Source: Podarcis gaigeae
Lineage: Eukaryota
Reading direction: 5' to 3' (one strand)
DNA: 64,000 bases
Assembly: GCA_964106915.2 (NCBI GenBank)
Contig: OZ066914.1
The translations under genes were made by a program, and so were the position numbers. This document shows positions 1-12,010 of the stretch, piece after piece (the first letter of the stretch is position 1; the number at the start of each line of letters is the position of its first letter). A model generated the notes under the pieces. That model saw only the letters and a list, made by a program, of their open reading frames with translations, ran no database searches and was not told the origin of the DNA.

Positions 1-1034
1 TACTCTTTGCCCATCTCTACTTTTTAATTCAGCGCAAATGGCTGGGAAGTGTGTGTCCAGCCAGCTTCCTAAAATCCTTCTGCTAGGATATCAACTCCCT
101 TCAGGAAACAGAACCCTTAAAGCAGGGGTGGGGAAAGCTTTTCAGCTTGAGGGCCACATACCCTCATAAACTGTCTTCTGGGGGCCACATACCAATGATT
201 GGTGGAACCAGAGGCCAAAGTAGATGAAGCAATTGAGTTGTAACCTTCTGCACACTTAAATTGGAAGTAAGCCAAAGTGGGACTTATTTAAGGTTACTTT
301 TAAGCTCTCAATATCATGTAGGTTAGCCGCACCCTACCCTTTTCTAACAGTTATATTGCATGCTGTTTTCTAATAAAGAACCTATTGAAGCTACTGCTAC
401 TACTGGGAAAATATGAACGGTTGTGTCCTATATATAAGATGGTCCAGCTTCATTTGTCTGCCTTATTCAGTTCATGGCAACCAGCGCCTGTCCAATAAAT
501 TTTGCTGCCTGAGGCAAAGAACCAAATGGTGTCCCAAGTAGAAAACCCGACTGGACTAGTCTTTGGATTTTACTTCAGTAATGGCAACAGGACAGGGTCC
601 TCTACCATGTCTGAGGACAGCAGGCTAGCTCAGAAGATGCAGGACAGCTTGAGTGGTACACAAACATCTTGCTGCTGCTCCCTACCACCCAGCATCCACT
701 GCCTCAGTCTGCCTAATAGGACCAGGCCTGGTGACAACTTGCATCCTGCTAGTGAAGACAACCCACCTTCAGTGGAAGGCAGAAAGGGATTCATTAGTCA
801 ATCCCAAGGTTGCCTTTTCCCAGTGTTGCTGCCATTCCAGATTTTATCACGGGTAAAACTGGGAAGATGCATGTTTGAGGACACTCACAATCTACTTAGG
901 TGATGACACAATGTCTGGATGGGCCAACTGTCCCCCTCACCAAAGGTTTACAAACCACTAACTTAACTTGACAGGTTCCCTATCATTTTGAATGGGGCTG
1001 CTCCCATTACAACCATCACCTTCTGTCTCCTTAC

Positions 1035-1208
1035 CTTTGAACAATCTCTTTAGTGGGTAAACAGACTGGATGTATATAGTTGCTGAACTCAACGGGCTTC
1101 TTCAGTAGTAACAGTGCAATGTCCCGGTCTAGATTCTCCTTCCAATTGTACTTGGGGTGAATGATGACTTTCTCTATCAACATAATTTTCTCCATGGTCC
1201 TCTCATAG
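1035..1208 (-). CDS. F2: F2 exon 11 (catalytic Asp)
   Basis: [57 protein letters not shown]; 174 nt; tttcag acceptor, gtaagg donor. Confidence 0.98.
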
Positions 1209-1947
1209 CTGAAACATTTCCCAAAAAAAGAGAAGCAATTGATATATTTAAATACTGTCATCAGGGTGCCTTCAACTTGACTACAGTTTACAATAAGCCC
1301 AAGCCAAGTAGATGGTGAAATAGGACTTCTGGAGGCTCCTTAATTGTGGCAAAGGGAAAAAATACAGGTTGTATGTTCAGATAATGTGTCTCCATGGGAA
1401 CTAATTGCTAGGGATTTCTTTTTGATACAGGAACACTCTGGGATGTACTGGATAGGAATGAAAGATCATAGAAGTGGGGTCATAAGCATAACCCCCTCTC
1501 CTAAGTAAGAATGATGCAATCTAGGTCTGTTTTTTTTTCTGGGCAAGGGGACAAAGGAGACTATAGTTTTCAGTGTGGCAGAAAGACTATGGGCTATTCA
1601 AGTTCAGAGAAATTGCCTTCATTAGAGTTGCCTCTCTCTGGAGATCAGGCAATCAAACTGTCTTTCTGTTAGTGTGTTTTTCCTAAATCTATGCTCAACC
1701 TGTATATTTGTCAATAAACTTTAAAAATGCCATAACCTTCCAGAGACCTCCATACAAAGGAAACCAAAACTGGGTAAATGCTAAGTCCCTGGGACTTCTG
1801 ACCATTTAGCATAGTGGGGCAAGCCTAAGAATGATACTTAAAATGTGCATACTTTGAATTTAGTGTGTGGATGCATGGCACCTTGCATCCTGGAAGATTT
1901 CCCTTGACACCTAGAAGCATGGTTAGTGTTCTGCATGCCCAGAATCA

Positions 1948-2155
1948 ATTCTGACTAAACATCAGGAAGAACTTTCTGGTGGCAAGAGCTGTTTGGCAGT
2001 GGAACAGACTCCCACAAGAGGTGGTGGACTCTTTCCCTGGAGGTTTTTAAGCAGAGATTGGATGGCCATCTGTCACAGATGCTGAGATTCCTGCATTGCA
2101 AGGGGTTGAACTAGATGACCCTCAAGGTCCCTTCCAACTCTACAATTCTAGGATT
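1948..2155 (+). mobile_element. CR1 LINE 3' end
   Basis: aggaagaactttctg...tggaacagactcc...ggaggtttttaagcagag...ggtcccttccaactctacaattct is the characteristic CR1 terminus. Confidence 0.88.
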
Positions 2156-2279
2156 TTTGTTTGCGTCCCCAAATGGTTTCTCTTTTCCCATATAGAAAAG
2201 AGGCATTTATATAGAGCTCTTATGGACTATGGTCAGTATGTAATTTGAAAGATTTATAATTTCCTTGCCAATCTCTTAC

Positions 2280-2447
2280 ACCTTCCGGTCGTGTTTGCCA
2301 ATCCGTACAATGATGTCGTCTTTAGTGAAATTCTTGTCCCAAGGTGGGTAGAAGATGCAATGGGCAGCAGTTAGGATCCAGCGATTACTGATGAGACTGG
2401 CTCCACATAGCAGCTCCTGGGGGCTCTTCCTGAACAGCATCACTTGC
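2280..2447 (-). CDS. F2: F2 exon 10 (catalytic His, 60-loop YPPWDKNF)
   Basis: [55 protein letters not shown]; the YPPW insertion is thrombin-specific; 168 nt. Confidence 0.98.
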
Positions 2448-2738
2448 CTAGAACAAAATAGGCAGGGAAAGAGAGGCAAGCAAGGCTCAGTGTCTTAGCC
2501 GAAATAGCACATGACCAGAGCACAGGCTGCAGAGAACAAAACAGACTAGCATCTTTCTACTGCACTGACAGGCCATTCTTGTGCTTCAAAGGAAGAACGA
2601 GGCAGAAACACAAATTGCAAAAGTCTCTTCCTAGAGTTGCTAGTGCCATTTACGGAGTTCCGAAAGGTCACCCATCCATGCAAAAGAGTAGACAGGCATG
2701 GGAAAGGAACATAAGCAAATTTCAGTTATTATGCTTAC

Positions 2739-2865
2739 CAGGGGGAACTGCCTTTTTCAGCATCGGATCCTTTCACAATTCGGCCTGCCAGATAGGAGTC
2801 CAGCAGCTCCTGCTCAGTCTTATCAGATACGTGCTGCTTCTCAAACAGAGGACGGGAACCACAGT
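2739..2865 (-). CDS. F2: F2 exon 9 (A chain + activation site)
   Basis: [29 protein letters not shown]|[14 protein letters not shown]; 127 nt. Confidence 0.97.
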
Positions 2866-3519
2866 CTGGAATTACAGATCCATTCTTCTGTAACTACCCA
2901 GTTCTCAAATATGAACAAGTTAGCATTTCTGCTACAAGAAAATAATAATTGATGGTGACTAAGACATTGACCCGGAGCTGGAATTTTATCTCGTTGGAAA
3001 GGTGAACAATGGGAGTTGATTTGGAGCATAGGTTCAGTCCTGGACAGTCTATATAAAATGCTGTTTTTATTCCTTTCAAAAGGTTTACATGAGTGCCAGC
3101 TAGATTATCGGACTTATGCTATTCCACCCTTAGGTTAAGGGATGCTAAGAAACTCTGGCTGGATAGGACCATGTCTGAATGGATGGGGAGAGCATCCCCT
3201 TGTAGCCCACCTTCTGAACGTTCTGGGGGATCTTCTGGTTAGATGCTTCTGTTATAGCTCTGATCTCGCTGGGGAATGGACAAGGTCATCAACAGTATCA
3301 CCCCTAAGTGCCCACTCTGGCACCGCGGAGCCTGAAACACACTTGGTTCTCCAGTGAGCTTTGGACAATGAAGCAGGTCATGTGACTGCAACAGTACAAG
3401 TGGCATCTTGCACCAAGGCCAACCAAGTACAGGTCAGAGCATGTGACACCATTGTGTCCTTGGGTCTGGCAGAGGTTTTTTTTTTGTTGTTTTTTTGAGC
3501 TAGTGAATGTTGGCTCCTA

Positions 3520-3560
<41 letters not shown>

Positions 3561-3745
3561 ATACCGTCTTTCATAAAAGTCAACATAAAAATACAAAATG
3601 AGAACACAAAATACATAATAAAACAAACAAACCAATAAGCCCCTCCCACAAAAACACTTAAAAGGATATAGGATGTTAATCAGCCATAGGCCTGGTTGAA
3701 AAGGAATGTTTTCGCCTGGCATCTAAAGGTGTACAAGGAAGGTTG
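3520..3745 (-). mobile_element. L2-like 3' fragment with (TAAC)n tail
   Basis: aggcctggttgaaaaggaatgttttcgcctggc is the reverse of an L2 end; (GTTA)n at 3520-3560. Confidence 0.55.
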
Positions 3746-4417
3746 TGAGTGCTTGGAAAGTTTCTGATCAATTAAAAAGGTGCCACTGATTATATGAGGG
3801 GGGATATATTCCTAATAGCCCCTCCTACACACTGTGGTTAGCAGCCACTGTCTGAAAAGAGACATTTCCCTCCCCCCATTCACTCAAGAGGAATTGCCTC
3901 TTCAAAAATGATAGTCTGCTTCTTGTTTCAGCAGAACCGGGTTGAGCCATTCTCAGGCAGTGTGTGCTTGAGAAGCAGCAGGCACTGAATTGACATCAGG
4001 TTCTTTCATCAGACGGCATCTCCCTCACCGAGGCAAGTCAGGGCCACAGGAGAAATGGGATTTCATCAGGTCCAACCCATGCCATAATTTTCCAAAAATG
4101 AGATAAACAAGAACATTCACACCAACTAGGAAAAAATTAGCCTGAGGAGAGTTTGGAGAGATAACCAACCGTATAAGTGGCTGCTTCAATGAAGGCAGGA
4201 AAGCAAACTGGATTCTAGAAGAGCCTGCTTGCTTTTCTGCCTTTGACCACAAGGTGGAGCCAGTAACCACAATCAGCAAGAAGAGAAACCATTCCAGCCC
4301 CTGTGCCAATACAGTATTAAAAAAGGGTCCGATAATTCAGCAATGTGTTGTACAAAGAAGCTGTGGCTTAATTAATCGTTATTTTTCTTTCTTTCGACTT
4401 TATCTTGGCCCTCTCAC

Positions 4418-4528
4418 CTGCTTCACCTTGACCAAACGTCTTAGGATCAAAGAAGGTTTTGTGTTCTTGGACAGTAGTCCGGCCTGCTCTTTGCTCATCC
4501 TCATAATCGAAATCATCCACAAAACTTT
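4418..4528 (-). CDS. F2: F2 exon 8 (linker with first FXa site, start of A chain)
   Basis: ESFVDDFDYEDEQRAGR|TTVQEHKTFFDPKTFGQGEA; 111 nt; TFFxPxTFGxGEA motif. Confidence 0.96.
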
Positions 4529-4994
4529 CTGAAAGAGAAGACCAGGGCGGAGAAGAACTTAATTCACAGAAGAGTCAGTCTCTTCATTCCTGCTAAATCT
4601 ACTTTCTACAATGGCCAGATACAAGCAGGGGCGGGGGGCTATCTCCTGCACTTTCAAAAGTTATGTGTGTGTGGGGGGGTGTTCAGCAGGTGTTTCCTGT
4701 ATGGCCATCTCCTTTTCTACAAGAGGGGTAGGCAGAAGAAAGATTGGGATCTGTGGGGAGGTCTTGGGGGTGATTCGCAATCTCACTCCCAGTTGTCTAG
4801 CAATAACTTAAGCTTCCCATGCCATGTTCTGAAAGGATGAAAAAGAGTGATTGGGTGAAAATCCAGAGCAGGTTTGTGGTTTGTGGTTCTGTTTACTGAT
4901 CACAACTTCCTGGGCTCAACATGCATTCTTATCATATGTCTGCCTGGCTGGGACATTATTTTGCACTTGGCTCTGGCTGGTGGACCTCAGGGGT

Positions 4995-4997
<3 letters not shown>

Positions 4998-5043
<46 letters not shown>
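4998..5043. repeat. (CA)n microsatellite
   Basis: Direct read. Confidence 0.95.
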
Positions 5044-5045
<2 letters not shown>

Positions 5046-5356
5046 GTAGATCCTGCAAGCCTGCAATCTGCCCATTGCAGCTCTACATAACCATTAAAAG
5101 GCACAAAAGTCCTGCCTTCTGTTCTTCCTGGCCACCCTATCTACTTCCTACCTGCAAGCCACCAGAGAAAGCGATTTAGCTAGTGGAAGCCCATCAAATC
5201 CGTGTGAAGCTTTCAACACGTGCACACCAATACCAACATGCATACATGACTCCCAGCATGCATCTGGCTCTCCCACATAAACCATCCTCCTGTCTCATCT
5301 TAAGAAACTCCTCTTTACCACAAAAAGCAAAGGCCTGTCTCTTGCAGGCTCCTTAC

Positions 5357-5662
5357 CGCAGTAGTTCAAGTCACAATAGTCAAAGGTCACGTTAGGATGG
5401 TTGATGTAGCACCAGACACCTTCGTCGTCCTCATCAGGGTTGCGGCAATAATTCTGCACCAGGTTAGTATTGCCATGGAAGGGTTTCCCGTGGCTCATCA
5501 CTCTCGCTTGTTCAGAGGCCCATGGCAAGCACTGAGCCCCGGAAATGGTGACGGAGAGGGTCCCCGTATACTGCAGCCCCTTGTTTGGCACACAAGGCCC
5601 TTGCTTCTTTTGCTCTTGCGCTGGGGTCCTTGGGGAAATTGGTACCGAGGTCCGGTTCTCAC
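5357..5662 (-). CDS. F2: F2 exon 7 (linker + kringle 2)
   Basis: GENRTSVPISPRTPAQEQKKQGPCVPNKGLQYTG...NYCRNPDEDDEGVWCY...DYCDLNYC; 306 nt; tttttcag acceptor, gtaagg donor. Confidence 0.97.
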
Positions 5663-6075
5663 CTGAAAAACGAGGAGCAAGGGAACCATGACCATCGTTT
5701 TGTTTAAGAAGTTCTCCTTCACCGTATCTATATTGGTTTTAGAAGGGAAGCTGTGCACATATGCCTGGAATTGAAAGGAGGGACCTAATCAAACTCTACC
5801 TCAGACATCTTTAGGCAGCCGTGTTTAGGGAAGTTTTTAATGTTTGATGTTTTATTGTGTTGGGAGCCGCCCAGAGTGGCTGGGTGTCAGGGACTGTGCT
5901 GAGGAGGGCTGCACTGAAGAGGAATGGTGGGAGCCTCCCCCCTTCCCCCTGCTCCTGAATCTTCCCAGGAGCAGGAGGACAGTATAGATTTGGAACAGTG
6001 GTTTGCAGAGGGACATAGTTCAGAAGGCAGAAGCTGGGAAATACTGGATGGGGAACAGCTAGGAGAAGAAACACT

Positions 6076-6077
<2 letters not shown>

Positions 6078-6122
<45 letters not shown>
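6078..6122. repeat. (GA)n microsatellite
   Basis: Direct read. Confidence 0.95.
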
Positions 6123-6124
<2 letters not shown>

Positions 6125-6527
6125 AACAGACCCCCTTTCACTGGAAAGCGTCCATTCACTCAGCCCATGGTCAAGGAGAGCAGATAAGGTGGCTGCTCAG
6201 AAAGCACAGTGGTTGCGAGATCAGGTTGCAAGATGCGGAAGTGACGTGGTGACTGGTGACTGGGGGGAAGTGGGTAGAACCCTTAACTGGGAGCACCTTC
6301 ATTCCTGGAAATGGATTCTTTTTCTCTTGCTGTGATCATTAAAAATTATAACTGGTAAGAGACGCCTTTTGCTTTGTTCCGCTTATCTACTGTCAAAGGG
6401 GGGGGAGGGGGAAGCTGAGTCCCTGAAGCCTGACACTGGGTAAACCCAGCCAGATGGGTGGAGTATAAATAGATTACTACTACTACTACTGCTACTATTA
6501 TACCTGGAGCATCAGCACTAGACTCAC

Positions 6528-6664
6528 CACACACAGGTACAGCACACTCTTCTGCGCGCACGACTGGGTTTCGGGTGTAGCACCAGGGACCCCTTGTGTT
6601 GTTGTTTGGATTCCTACAGTAGTTTTCAGTGAGGTTGGCACCTGGATGGCTTGTCGTGTTGAAG
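6528..6664 (-). CDS. F2: F2 exon 6 (kringle 1, C-terminal half)
   Basis: [45 protein letters not shown]; kringle NYCRNP and GPWCY motifs; 137 nt. Confidence 0.97.
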
Positions 6665-7657
6665 CTAAAAGAAAGCACGATACATTAGAGCGATACAGGG
6701 AAACAGAAAATCCCTTCTCTTATACTTGGGCTTGCAGTAAGGGAACTCTGGATCTTGCGTCCAAAAGGACTGCACTGCAGTTTATGACATGTTCTACATG
6801 AAAAGCACTCCCTCGGAAGAAGAAAAAGGAGGTGAAGCCCAGACACAGATAGTCACGTACAGCAATCACATGTCTGCATTTCACTGTGCACGTACATCAA
6901 GCTATGACTGGCTATGGCTTCCCGCCCAGCATGTGCACACTGCATGTTCATGTACGCCAAAATGCACATATGCGTGTGCACAGATTTCAGATTCCACCCC
7001 CCCCTTCCCCTGATGCAATTGGCTGGGCATGTCCTCCATTGGCTATCTTGCGGCTCACGGCTATTGGGAAGGGCCGCTGTGCTTATCTGAAGACATTCAA
7101 GCTTTTACTCAATTGTCCCTGTCGTCCGCATTGTTTTCATTCCTCTCAAACCACATTGCTTACAATTCCCCCTACCAAGGATAACTGAGGATAACACTTC
7201 TTGCACTCATGATGACGCGGATGCTAGTCCTTGAAAGTTTTGTTTACATGGTTAACTCAGTGATTCTCAAAGGTTTCGTCTCCTTTCCTCAATAATTTCT
7301 CTTCCCAGGAACTGCCATAGAAATTCTACATATTTCAAAGGGGTTTTTTTTTGGGGGGGGGGAGGTTTCACATTTCTTGTCATGCTACTCGCACCTGCAG
7401 ATCCCCCTTTTCCCTAGAGCACACTAATATTCCCCTGTACAATATTCCCTTGCGCTTTGTGCTTCCAATTAAAGCCCAAGATGCAATGGGCAGGCGACTG
7501 GATCCTTATTCTCTGCTCAGTCTCTCCATCCAGTGGTGTGTGAAGGCAAGTAGAAGTCAGGCTTGAGTTGCCTCCAGTTCAGAGGCTGACCCTGCAAGCA
7601 AAGGGTGGCACAGAAATGTTTTTGTTTTTTTCCAAACAAACAAGCAAGCAAACTTAC

Positions 7658-7763
7658 TCAGGCTTGTGAGGAAATTTGCTCGACCAGTACTGGCATTCAA
7701 TTCCTGACTTAGTGAACGAAATGGATCCCCTATAATTCTGCCCTGCATCTTTGACACAGTCAC
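7658..7763 (-). CDS. F2: F2 exon 5 (kringle 1, N-terminal half)
   Basis: GDCVKDAGQNYRGSISFTKSGIECQYWSSKFPHKP; 106 nt; canonical splice sites. Confidence 0.96.
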
Positions 7764-9041
7764 CTGTTGGAATGCAAAATACAGGATGCAGTGAAATGGA
7801 ACAGCTAGCAGCATATTCAGAGAGTCAAGACATCTCAGTGGTTTGGATGTAGGCTGATACACATAACAAGCGCTAGTTCAGAGGTGCTTCTATGTCCCCT
7901 GGTTTAGCTACACTTGATTGCTCTACACTTCAGAAGGGGCAGCTGAATCTGGGAACTGACTCCATTGAAAAGCATTGTGTTTAAAGGGTCAGTAGAAAGA
8001 ACACAGAGAGAAAACACTGTGCTTGAAAATACATGTTTTATCAGTGGTGAGAGTTTGAGATAGACCACTCATATAGGCAATAGTTCATTCATCAAGACAC
8101 ATTTGGCACCCAAGCCAAACACAGGCCTTTATATTATTGTATTTATATTTCTTTATATATATTTTAGGTCACCTTTCAGGGTGCAACTTCTTCTGAAGAT
8201 TATATCAACATGGAAAACCATTGAACTATGTTCAATATACAACATTTGCTCCTAGGCTGCCCTTGGTGCTGAAAAGAAAATGAAGAAAGTGCTTGGCAAT
8301 TTTTATTTTGTTTACATTTCTCTATTTCATATGGGGAGGAGGGCTGGATCCAATAAACAGGAATCCTTGTACTGGTGGAATTGGTTAGATATCCCTGCAA
8401 TGGGTTTGTTACAGACTATAATAATGTTATGCATTTATTATATTTGCTAATTGGTTTTCTTAACAGATAACCCAAAGTGATATTTGGGCACATCACACAT
8501 TGCAGGAGACAAACATGTTTTTGTTTTTAGAGATACGCATGTGCAGCAAGGAACCAGGCTCTGGCTCCATATCTTTTACACTACATGAATTTCAAAACCC
8601 ATCCTGTCTCTCTCACAAGTTACAGTATTGTTAGTGTCTACATTAGGCAGCAGGTCTCCCCCATGCCCCGCTCTGCCACCAGCTGCCCTATGGGCAAAAA
8701 TCCTGATGACTTGTTCTATCTTCATATTGTTTATTGTGAAATTATGAGTGTAGTTCAATGTTCCTTTAAGACACCTTGCAAGGATTTGTATCCTGAAAGC
8801 GGGGGGTGCAAGTTACTGCAATGCATATAATAAATGATATATAAATCACGCACATCTGCTAAAATGTGGTTTGCAGCAGTGTCCCTCTGCGAGTTTAGGA
8901 AAGAGAGAGGGACTCCCTGAGAGGAATGCTTCTCAGTGATCTTGCCTTATTTAGAATTTGCCTCCAGTCTCTTCAGAGAAAGCAGATTCCTTGTACTCAC
9001 CACTGCCAGGGCATCACAGATTCACTGTTTAAGCTGCTTAC

Positions 9042-9092
9042 CTTTCAGGCACTCATCAAGAGCTGTTCTGGGCTGCTTCTGAGACTTACATA
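9042..9092 (-). CDS. F2: F2 exon 4 (VCKSQKQPRTALDECLK)
   Basis: 51 nt, ccccag acceptor, gtaagc donor; two Cys matching the prothrombin disulfide loop before kringle 1. Confidence 0.93.
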
Positions 9093-10233
9093 CTGGGGAG
9101 AGAATAATACAATTCAGCTTAAAGGGATCTTCAGCTTGTAAGAACAGCTCTGCTGCATCAGACCCGCCAAGACCCACCTAGTCCTGGCCATGGGAAGCTT
9201 GCAAGGGGGACTGAATGCAACAGCCCTCTCTGCACTTGTGATTTGCGGCAACTGGTACTCAGAGGCATGCTGCCTCTCTGATACTGAGAGCAGCACACAG
9301 CCATTGGGAGATAGGAAAGCAACTCTCATTTTGTGGCTCCAAAAGCCCCCAAGGGGTGAAATCCAACTGTGCCTGTCTGCCAGTGTAACTGACTTCCCGT
9401 TTGTGCAGCAGGAGATCTCCTTCCTCTCTTCTCCACTGCCAATCCCACAAATCTGCTGTGGAGGATTAGGATACCACCCACAGCAGATTTATGGGGGCTT
9501 CAGGGGGAAAGAGAAGCAAAAATTCCCATTGCACAGATGTCACGTGACACTGGATTTCACCCAAACATTGGGCAAGGATGAATTAGGGAGAAGTTTCTGT
9601 TTCTCCATTTTTAAAACAGATGAAAGGTCCAGCTTTGCCAGTAAGAAACCTTTGGCAGCTGCTGCCAGTGCCATCTTAATGAATATGATGTGTTGCTTAG
9701 GGATAGGCAAATAGCATGGGAGAGAGATTGAAAGGATCAATCCTATGCCGAAAGAAGGATCTAGCCAAGGGGTGGGAGGACATTGGCAGCAGCAGGAGAT
9801 GCAAGTTGACCAAGTCCAGCTGACCAAGAACTAAACATGAATGGATGAAGAGCAGCAACATGAAAAACTTTGAAGCTTGGCATGGTGATAATTACTTGAC
9901 TTCCACAGCAAGAGCTCCAAGATCAAATATGGTCTTGACAGAACCATATTTGACAGAACAGAAGAAGGAAGAATTAAGATATGCTACTATTATGCTTACA
10001 ACTTTATCATCCTATGCATGTTTACTTGGAGATGTTCTGCTGATTTCAAAGGATTTAACTCCAAATAAGTATTTGCAGGAACTGCTGCTCTGGGATATGC
10101 AAGGCTAATACTGGCCATTGACGTAGAGACATAATTCTCCAGAGCCTGTGAAAGCCAGATCTTGGAATAAGGTTCAGTGGTAAATAATATACAAATAGCA
10201 AGGGTATTTGACAGGAGCTTTAGACATGCATAC

Positions 10234-10258
10234 CTGAATATTGTGCCCAGAATATATC
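10234..10258 (-). CDS. F2: F2 exon 3 (aromatic stack DIFWAQYS)
   Basis: 25-nt exon between ttttgcag and gtatgc; FWxxY motif typical of Gla proteins. Confidence 0.93.
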
Positions 10259-10768
10259 CTGCAAAACAAAAGTACTCACTTAGAAAGAAATACCCAAGAA
10301 TGAGTAAGTCAACTGATGCAGTTCTACAGTACTGCTGATGCTAGAAAGGTCTTACCCTGTAAGCTGTCAGGATGAGACACCACTCTGAGCTCTTTGGAGG
10401 CAGCATGAGATATGATTGTCATGACTCAGCAAGAGAGAGGACACATCTGATTTTGCTTCTGCCATCAAATTAAATCTATTGCAATTATGAGATGCATATA
10501 GCTCAAGGGTAACTACTGCATGAATTAAACAAGCCCTCAGCCAGCCTTGCATATGTTGTTAGACTCCAGTTCCCATCAGCCTCAGCTAGTGTGGCCAGTG
10601 GACAAGCGATGATGGGTGTAGTAGTCCAACAACATCCACCCATTTTAGAAGTACAAATTTAGATCTTTGACATGGCTAGCCAGTATATTTTAATATAACA
10701 ACCTTTAAGGTTTGGCTGAATAGGGTGGTGGCATCTGCACCGGGCCTGTCCTCACTTAAATCCTACAG

Positions 10769-10904
10769 CAGGTTTCCTCAACCTCGGCCCTCCAGATGTT
10801 TTTGGCCTACAACTCCCATGATCCCTAGCTAGCAGGACCAGTGGTCAGAGATGATGGGAATTGTAGTCTCAAAACATCTGGAGTGCCAAGGTTGAGGAAG
10901 CCTG
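10769..10904. mobile_element. hAT-type MITE family A (palindromic)
   Basis: Long imperfect inverted repeat (cagg.ttcctcaacct...aggttgaggaagcctg); 8-bp TSD tcctacag/tcctatag. Confidence 0.85.
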
Positions 10905-11779
10905 TCCTATAGTATCACCCAGTCTTTAGGAACAAGGGGAAGTCTTACAATAATGTCCTGTCAACTATATTGCTTAATGGATTATTATTTACAGAAACCG
11001 TTCCTGTTGTCTATAGAATATATAAAAACATGTATGGGGATAAACGCTTTCCTTGGTTATTGGGCTTCCAGTGGAGGTCATTTCTCATCTGTTCCTCTAA
11101 GAGAAGAGATGCTACCAGACAACGGACTCCTTTTGAATGACTGGTCAAAGATACGACACATTATATAAAGGGAATGATTTCTATATTATACAAATTTATT
11201 ATTAATGCCTCATTTGGAGCCCAGAGTCAAAAATCATGATGGGAAGTTAATTGGGACATACATCTGAGAAATGTAGTGGTGTAGAAGAGCTGGAAAAAAT
11301 GTCACATTTGGCTACCAATGTGCCCCTTTGATTTCAGATAGTACATGGGTAGATGAGTCTAAAAAGCTCAGGACACAATTTTTTCACAGCCCTCTAGCAG
11401 CTATGGTGGCTAATTTACCAGAAGTAACATATTTAGTGTTAACTCTGGAAGTGTATACTTGATTTTGACCAAACTAAGCCTCCTAGATTTATTTTTATAA
11501 CTCTTTATTATTTGTAAAGGGTATCTTTGTTTGAACAATTTATTATCCCTTTAGAGCTCCGCTGGGTCTTTGTACTTTGTCCTTCCAAGCTGTGATGCAT
11601 TGTGGTTTAAATCCCTTATTATTTGTTCTTTTCTTTTTGCTATGTTTGCACTTTTTGTTGTTATGAAATTAATACATTTTTTATAAAATTACAACATCTG
11701 GAAGGAGACTGGGGAATTAAAGAAGAAATCCACTGTGAAATCCTCACAATGGTTGCTGGGCCCTTGAATATGTGAGTTA

Positions 11780-12010
<231 letters not shown>

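Noticed and set aside
1345-1830. Possible solo LTR in F2 intron 10
   Set aside because: Has a TG start and AATAAA but no clean CA end or TSD.
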